A stretch of 64,000 bases of DNA. Source: Macrostomum lignano (taxonomy: Eukaryota). The stretch is taken from NCBI GenBank assembly GCA_002269645.1, contig NIVC01000634.1, forward strand, positions 43,698 to 107,697, given 5' to 3'. Positions 39,820 to 64,000 of the stretch are shown piece after piece. The notes beneath the pieces were generated by a model, which was not told the DNA's origin, ran no database searches, and worked only from the letters and a program-made list of their open reading frames with translations. Position numbers and translations under genes: made by a program. Within the stretch, counting starts at the first letter, position 1. Each line of letters starts with the position of its first letter.

Positions 39820-40572
39820 AGTCATAGCACGGAGAGAGTCATAGTTTAAGGAGTCATAGTTCAAGGAGAGAGTCATAGTTTAAGAAGTCAGCACGGAGAG
39901 AGTCATATTTTAAGGAGTCATAGCACGGAGAGAGTCATATTTTAAGGAGTCATAGCACGGAGGGAGTCATAGTTTAAGGAGTCAGCACGGAGAGAGTCAT
40001 AGTTTAAGGAGTCATAGCACGGAGAGAGTCATTGTTTAAGGAGTCATAGCACGGAGAGAGTCATAGTTTAAGAAGTCAGCACGGAGAGAGTCATTGTTTA
40101 AGGAGTCATAGCACGGAGAGAGTCATAGTTTAAGAAGTCAGCACGGAGAGAGTCATAGTTTAAGGAGTCATAGTTCAAGGAGAGAGTCATAGTTTAAGAA
40201 GTCAGCACGGAGAGAGTCATATTTTAAGGAGTCATAGCACGGAGAGAGTCATATTTTAAGGAGTCATAGCACGGAGGGAGTCATAGTTTAAGGAGTCAGC
40301 ACGGAGAGAGTCATAGTTTAAGGAGTCATAGCACGGAGAGAGTCATTGTTTAAGGAGTCATAGCACGGAGAGAGTCATAGTTTAAGAAGTCAGCACGGAG
40401 AGAGTCATTGTTTAAGGAGTCATAGCACGGAGAGAGTCATAGTTTAAGAAGTCAGCACGGAGAGAGTCATAGTTTAAGAAGTCAGCACGGAGAGAGTCAT
40501 TGTTTAAGGAGTCATAGCACGGAGAGAGTCATAGTTTAAGAAGTCAGCACGGAGAGAGTCATAGTTTAAGGA
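39820..40572. repeat. Minisatellite, ~30-32-bp unit (GAGTCATAGCACGGAGAGAGTCATAGTTTAAG), intergenic
   Basis: Visible tandem copies built from a GAGTCATAG core. Confidence 0.93.
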
Positions 40573-41340
40573 AGTGTCGAAAGTGCGAAAGTGTCAATGA
40601 TTTTCGGACACGCCTTGTAGATTTTATAATTCGCAGTGGATTACAAAGCGTCAAAACTTTTGGCTGAGTCATGCGGTCTCGAAATTATTTTCAACATTTT
40701 TCAGGCTCTGCTGCTCAGGGGAGCACAGTGCGCACTCTGGGTGAGTGCTGGAACTGAGGACACTGCTCAGGCAAGCACCCCCACAGTGCGGTGACTGCAG
40801 AACTGCAGTAATCTTATCGTTGCAAGCACAAATATATCAGCCGAGGCGCCTGAGAACACGAGAGCGAGTTTCAGTTTGGCAAAGGGCCCGGGGGGGGGGG
40901 TGCTTGGCCTTGAAGTTCTGACAAAAATATCACCAAAAAATGGACAAATTATTTTTACCTTCAGCGAGTTCGGTCATAAAAAACTGTATTTGCGAGTGAA
41001 ACGCTGGGTAATTGCTGATGATAGTTATGTAATCAATACTGAAAATATGATTCGTAGCACCTGTGCTTGTTAGTTTGTACATAGTTACTGCAGGTTATCT
41101 GAGTTAGAAAAAAACAAAATATTGACTCGGTTTTAAAGGCCAATTCTGAAAAACTGACTCAATTCGGGTAGTTCATTGCTCACAGAAGAACTTCTTACCG
41201 GAGGGATAAGTTCTGACTAACAATCGTGCCTAAGCCTATAGGGTCCCCGGGTTCGATTCCCATCAACGTCACTCCACGTCAGCTGATGGCAGTCCTGACG
41301 CTCAGAGTTCGCGCACCAGCTCCACAGTCGTCGAAGGCCT

Positions 41341-43209
41341 TCAGCTGAGTGGCACCGCACTGACCCCGGGTTCGCCAGGCTGGCAGAAGTACACGGTGTA
41401 TTCCTCGGCGTTGAAGGCGCAGCCGGCCTCGTTGTCGCAGTAGAGGCGGCGCCGGGCCAGCCAGGGGTGCCGGGCGGCGCTCAGCTCGGCAGTGCGCAGC
41501 TCCGGCTCCGCCCCGGTGTCGTGCGGCTTCGCCGTGGCGAAGTGCGCAAACAGCGGCGGAGGGAGCGACGCCTCCGTTGGCGACGGTGGCGCAGTCAGGA
41601 GGTCCAGCGTGCGCAGCAGGGCGAAGCTCGGCGGCTGGTTGGCGAACACGGACACGCGGCCGAGCTGGCAGTCGGTGATGTACACGCAGCGCAGGCTGGT
41701 GCTCACCGCGCTGATTCGCGCGAGTCCCAGATGCTTGATGCAGCTGTTCAGCCTCTGCAGCTGCTGCTGCTGCTGCGGGTACAGCGGGCAGTTGAACACC
41801 TCGACAGTCGCCGTGCCGCCGTTAATGACAAACAGGCGCTCGTTGAGGTCGTCGTGGTGCAGTCCGCGCGGCAGGTTCAGGCCCGTCAGCTGCAGCCGGC
41901 AGGCGCCGCACAGGTCCGCCGCCAGCACACGGTTGTTCGGCCCGTCAGCCAAGAACAGCAGCTGAGCGCGCCGGCTAAAGTGCAGCGCCTCGAAGCGGCT
42001 GGCCGGCGCCCCGGCCGCGGCCGGGCAGGCGTCGAAGGACAGGCGCATACCTGTGAGCAGCTGGCCGGCAGTGGACAGCACCAGCAGCTGCGAGCCGCCG
42101 CTCTCGGCCGGCGCCACTCCGTATAGCACCACGTCCGGCAGCGTCGACCAGCCAAACCAGCCGCGCTGCCGCTTCACGCCGAACTTCGGCTTGTAGAAAA
42201 GCGCCTGCGAGGGCCGCACGATGGCCAGGTCCGCCAGCTTCGCGCCGCCGGTGTCCAGACGCCTCGCCGCGGCGCCCTGAGTCTGCTGCGGCTGCGGCTG
42301 CGTGCCTGACTGCTCATCCTGCGGCTTCGGTTGCGGAGATTCGTCAGCCGTCGAGCCGAGCAGCTCGGAGTGAAGCTCGGCCAGCAGGTTGAGCAGGCAG
42401 GGAAACACCCGGCAGGCGCTGCTCCGCTGCTGGCGCCGAAACTCGCTCAGAATCGCCGAGACATCGGCGCTGCGTCCGGCCAGCCGGCCCTTCACCGCCA
42501 GCTGAAACTCTTCGCCGAACGCGCCGCCGCGGCAAGGAGCCGACTGGCTGCTCGGCGGGACGGAGTCGGACCCCAGGATGGACAGCAGCTCCTCCCAGTT
42601 TCTGACAAGCTCCGGGCGGGTGTCGCTGCACCGAACCTCCTCGGTGGCATCCTCGCCCGCGGCGGAGCTCAGCGTCTTCAGCTGTTCCTCCAGCTGCGCT
42701 GTCCGCCGCCTGAGCTCGGCCGCCTCCTCGTGAAGCCGCAGCCGGTGACGCTCGAAGATGGCATCCGCTTCGGCGAAGATGGCGTCAAAAATGGCCAGCA
42801 GCTCCTCGTGGAGGCGGCGGTGCGCCAGCTGGTTCCGTTCGAGGGCCGCGGCGTCAGCCTCCACCAGCTGCGCCCTGCCGCGGAGCGTCTCGACCCGCTG
42901 GCCGGCCAGCTCGAGCTCCGCGCTCCATGCTGAGCTGCGCACTGAAAACTCGGCGACGTCGTCGAGTCGGCGACCGCTGATGCCGCTGCGCGGCGGCGCG
43001 GAGACTTTCGCCAACTTGTGCGCCTGCGGAGGCGTTGAAGACTGCGGCTGCTGCGGCTGCTGCGGCTTCGAGGGCTGGCGCTTTCGGTAGCGGTGCTTGG
43101 CGCCCTCGCTGCGGCCTCCGCGGCTTTCGGGCAGCCAGCCCTCGTCGACGCTGAACTCCTGGACGAAGCTTCCTACAGGGCCGTGCACCGGGTCAAGGAC
43201 GGAGAGCAT
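41341..43209 (-). CDS. Hypothetical protein with a coiled coil and a C-terminal NHL/YWTD-like beta-propeller, ~622 aa, intronless
   Basis: 1.9-kb stop-free, GC-rich, non-repetitive ORF; first ATG at 43209. Heptad-rich segment (LAGQRVETL...LEEQLKTL) and blade-like motifs LLFLADGPNNRV, LNLPRGLHHD..RLFVINGG..TVEVF and VYITDCQLGRVSVF. Confidence 0.7.
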   Translation of the reverse strand: MLSVLDPVHGPVGSFVQEFSVDEGWLPESRGGRSEGAKHRYRKRQPSKPQQPQQPQSSTPPQAHKLAKVSAPPRSGISGRRLDDVAEFSVRSSAWSAELELAGQRVETLRGRAQLVEADAAALERNQLAHRRLHEELLAIFDAIFAEADAIFERHRLRLHEEAAELRRRTAQLEEQLKTLSSAAGEDATEEVRCSDTRPELVRNWEELLSILGSDSVPPSSQSAPCRGGAFGEEFQLAVKGRLAGRSADVSAILSEFRRQQRSSACRVFPCLLNLLAELHSELLGSTADESPQPKPQDEQSGTQPQPQQTQGAAARRLDTGGAKLADLAIVRPSQALFYKPKFGVKRQRGWFGWSTLPDVVLYGVAPAESGGSQLLVLSTAGQLLTGMRLSFDACPAAAGAPASRFEALHFSRRAQLLFLADGPNNRVLAADLCGACRLQLTGLNLPRGLHHDDLNERLFVINGGTATVEVFNCPLYPQQQQQLQRLNSCIKHLGLARISAVSTSLRCVYITDCQLGRVSVFANQPPSFALLRTLDLLTAPPSPTEASLPPPLFAHFATAKPHDTGAEPELRTAELSAARHPWLARRRLYCDNEAGCAFNAEEYTVYFCQPGEPGVSAVPLS

Positions 43210-43281
43210 GATGCTGTGCTGCTTGTCTGTCTTGTGAGTTTCCAACTTTGGCTTGGAGCCGCTGCCAGGGTCTTGTGCACT

Positions 43282-43288
43282 TTTTATA
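43282..43288 (-). promoter_or_regulatory. Candidate TATA box (TATAAAA) upstream of the beta-propeller gene
   Basis: TATAAAA on the minus strand ~75 nt upstream of ATG 43209; motif and position only. Confidence 0.35.
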
Positions 43289-44204
43289 CACCTTAGTTGT
43301 GTGAGCCCTGCTGTGTACTCGGACTGCGTACAGAGAGAGATAGAGCGAGAGAGTACGATTAGAGACAGCGCAGAGGTCTGGCAATAACGAAAACATTAAA
43401 AAACATTTCTTTGACAGCAAGCAAGCCATGCCTTTGCTTTGCATTTTGTACTTGAGTAAATACAGCCAAGTAGAGAGTCACGCGCTGTGCCTGTATGAGC
43501 TCTGTAGTAGGTAGCGCCTCCACTGTCTTTCTTTTTATTTAAAACACCGCAGAACAGGCGCGTGGGAACGAAAGTTCTTATAAGCTACATAAGAACAAAT
43601 GCAAATTACGCAGCAAGTTTTAGGTGCAGCCGTCCTTCGCAAATATGACTGAATTTTATGCAGCTCACAAGCTCTGGCTTGTGAGGCAGTGGTCAGATGC
43701 TTCATTGTCCGCAGGCAGAAGTCTGAGGCCAGAGCTTTCACGCCCGTCTCCCGCTCCCTCATTAGAACCTGACTACTTAGGTCATTGATGGAGGGTCGCT
43801 TTGTGGGATGCAGTTGATGCCAGCGGTTTAACCGGCGCTGCAACTCATCTATCGAAATTATATTGCAGCTGAGTAAACAGAAGGGGAGGGAGCTACAGGT
43901 GGGAGCAGCTCACCTCACCTACCAGAGCCGCTGAGCTGGTGGGTTGGGGTGGGTGTTTTGGAAAAAATTATCCTATTTTCAAGCTTATCAGCCGCTGTTC
44001 CGAGATGTTATTGGTTGCTAGGCAAAAAATGAGAGAAAACACAGGGCGGCATGGGGTGGCCACTCCGTAAAAAATATTTTTTAACTCACCTCACCAGCTG
44101 CTGTGCGCCTGTAGCGATACCTGAGCTTGCGATTCTGCAGAGCTAACAAGCTTATGAGCTGTCTCAACTTGGTGAGTATAAACTGCTGCTCTTTGCCTCC
44201 GAGT

Positions 44205-45600
44205 GTCACCCTGGCTGAGTCCGCTCTCTGATGGCTGGTGTGCGATGCCACAGACAGTGACTGAGTCTGCTCTCTGATGGCTGGTGTGCGATGCCACAGA
44301 CCGTGACTGAGTCTGCTCTCTGATGGCTGGTGTGCGATGCCACAGACCGTGACTGAGTCTGCTCTCTGATGGCTGGTGTGCGATGCCACAGACAGTGACT
44401 GAGTCTGCTCTCTGATGGCTGGTGTGCGATGCCACAGACAGTGACTGAGTCTGCTCTCTGATGGCTGGTGTGCGATGCCACAGACCGTGACTGAGTCTGC
44501 TCTCTGATGGCTGGTGTGCGATGCCACAGACCGTGACTGAGTCTGCTCTCTGATGGCTGGTGTGCGATGCCACAGACAGTGACTGAGTCTGCTCTCTGAT
44601 GGCTGGTGTGCGATGCCACAGACAGTGACTGAGTCTGCTCTCTGATGGCTGGTGTGCGATGCCACAGACCGTGACTGAGTCTGCTCTCTGATGGCTGGTG
44701 TGCGATGCCACAGACAGTGACTGAGTCTGCTCTCTGATGGCTGGTGTGCGATGCCACAGACAGTGACTGAGTCTGCTCTCTGATGGCTGGTGTGCGATGC
44801 CACAGACCGTGACTGAGTCTGCTCTCTGATGGCTGGTGTGCGATGCCACAGACCGTGACTGAGTCTGCTCTCTGATGGCTGGTGTGCGATGCCACAGACA
44901 GTGACTGAGTCTGCTCTCTGATGGCTGGTGTGCGATGCCACAGACCGTGACTGAGTCTGCTCTCTGATGGCTGGTGTGCGATGCCACAGACCGTGACTGA
45001 GTCTGCTCTCTGATGGCTGGTGTGCGATGCCACAGACCGTGACTGAGTCTGCTCTCTGATGGCTGGTGTGCGATGCCACAGACCGTGACTGAGTCCGCTC
45101 TCTGATGGCTGGTGTGCGATGCCACAGACCGTGACTGAGTCTGCTCTCTGATGGCTGGTGTGCGATGCCACAGACAGTGACTGAGTCTGCTCTCTGATGG
45201 CTGGTGTGCGATGCCACAGACAGTGACTGAGTCTGCTCTCTGATGGCTGGTGTGCGATGCCACAGACAGTGACTGAGTCTGCTCTCTGATGGCTGGTGTG
45301 CGATGCCACAGACCGTGACTGAGTCTGCTCTCTGATGGCTGGTGTGCGATGCCACAGACAGTGACTGAGTCTGCTCTCTGATGGCTGGTGTGCGATGCCA
45401 CAGACCGTGACTGAGTCTGCTCTCTGATGGCTGGTGTGCGATGCCACAGACCGTGACTGAGTCTGCTCTCTGATGGCTGGTGTGCGATGCCACAGACAGT
45501 GACTGAGTCTGCTCTCTGATGGCTGGTGTGCGATGCCACAGACAGTGACTGAGTCTGCTCTCTGATGGCTGGTGTGCGATGCCACAGACCGTGACTGAGT
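44205..45600. repeat. Minisatellite, 46-bp unit (GTGACTGAGTCTGCTCTCTGATGGCTGGTGTGCGATGCCACAGACA/C)
   Basis: About 30 highly homogeneous copies ending ~95 nt before the polycystin ATG; explains the three 470-484 aa antisense ORFs. Confidence 0.97.
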
Positions 45601-45693
45601 TACTGCTGTCTGGCTTCGTGCATTTATACGTAGTTCAGTCATTTTGCCCGTGTTTCGCATTTTGTGCAGTCCTCTTCACCTCTGGCGGCAGCA

Positions 45694-63898
<18,205 letters not shown>

Positions 63899-64000
63899 CT
63901 GATGATTCAATTTTAAGCAAACTGCAAACTTCTCGTGAAGATAAAACCCTAATTAAAAACAACAATTTTTTACGAGGATTGTTCCATAAGTACTTATACT

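Noticed and set aside
41240-41265. GGTTCGATTCC B-box/T-loop-like motif (similar motifs near 5875, 6140 and 6735)
   Set aside because: No cloverleaf: T-stem pairing is poor and no D-arm or acceptor stem is found. At most a tRNA-derived remnant.
44081-45660. Three 470-484 aa minus-strand ORFs
   Set aside because: These are translations of the 46-bp array. The unit has no stop on that strand, and 46 is not a multiple of 3, so all frames give the same periodic peptide.

Overview
Eukaryotic (animal) genomic DNA with GC-rich exons, GT-AG introns and very dense tandem repeats. By inference only, the style resembles a free-living flatworm such as Macrostomum; no search was run. No prokaryotic features, CRISPR arrays, rRNA or convincing tRNA genes were found. 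Most long ORFs in the supplied track are translations of minisatellites. Eight protein-coding loci were reconstructed by hand from splice sites and frame continuity: (1) an ENT4/SLC29A4-like nucleoside transporter (-, 4 exons); (2) an IQCH-like gene (+, apparently intronless); (3) a divergent Na+/K+-ATPase beta-subunit-like gene (-, intronless); (4) a TRPM/TRPS-type cation channel whose N-terminus is an ankyrin-repeat domain (+, 5 exons); (5) a small putative redox-inactive thioredoxin-fold protein (-); (6) an SGSM1/2-type RUN-TBC Rab-GAP (+, 14 exons); (7) a coiled-coil plus beta-propeller protein (-, intronless); (8) an 18-kb polycystin-1-family gene (+; WSC-PKD-REJ-GPS-PLAT-channel) with one in-frame TAG and about 10 single-base frameshifts near the window end, most likely sequence-consensus errors. 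About 30 distinct micro/minisatellite arrays fill introns, UTRs and intergenic DNA, usually with a different unit in each intron. The most notable candidate novelty is the ankyrin-TRPM-like chimeric channel.
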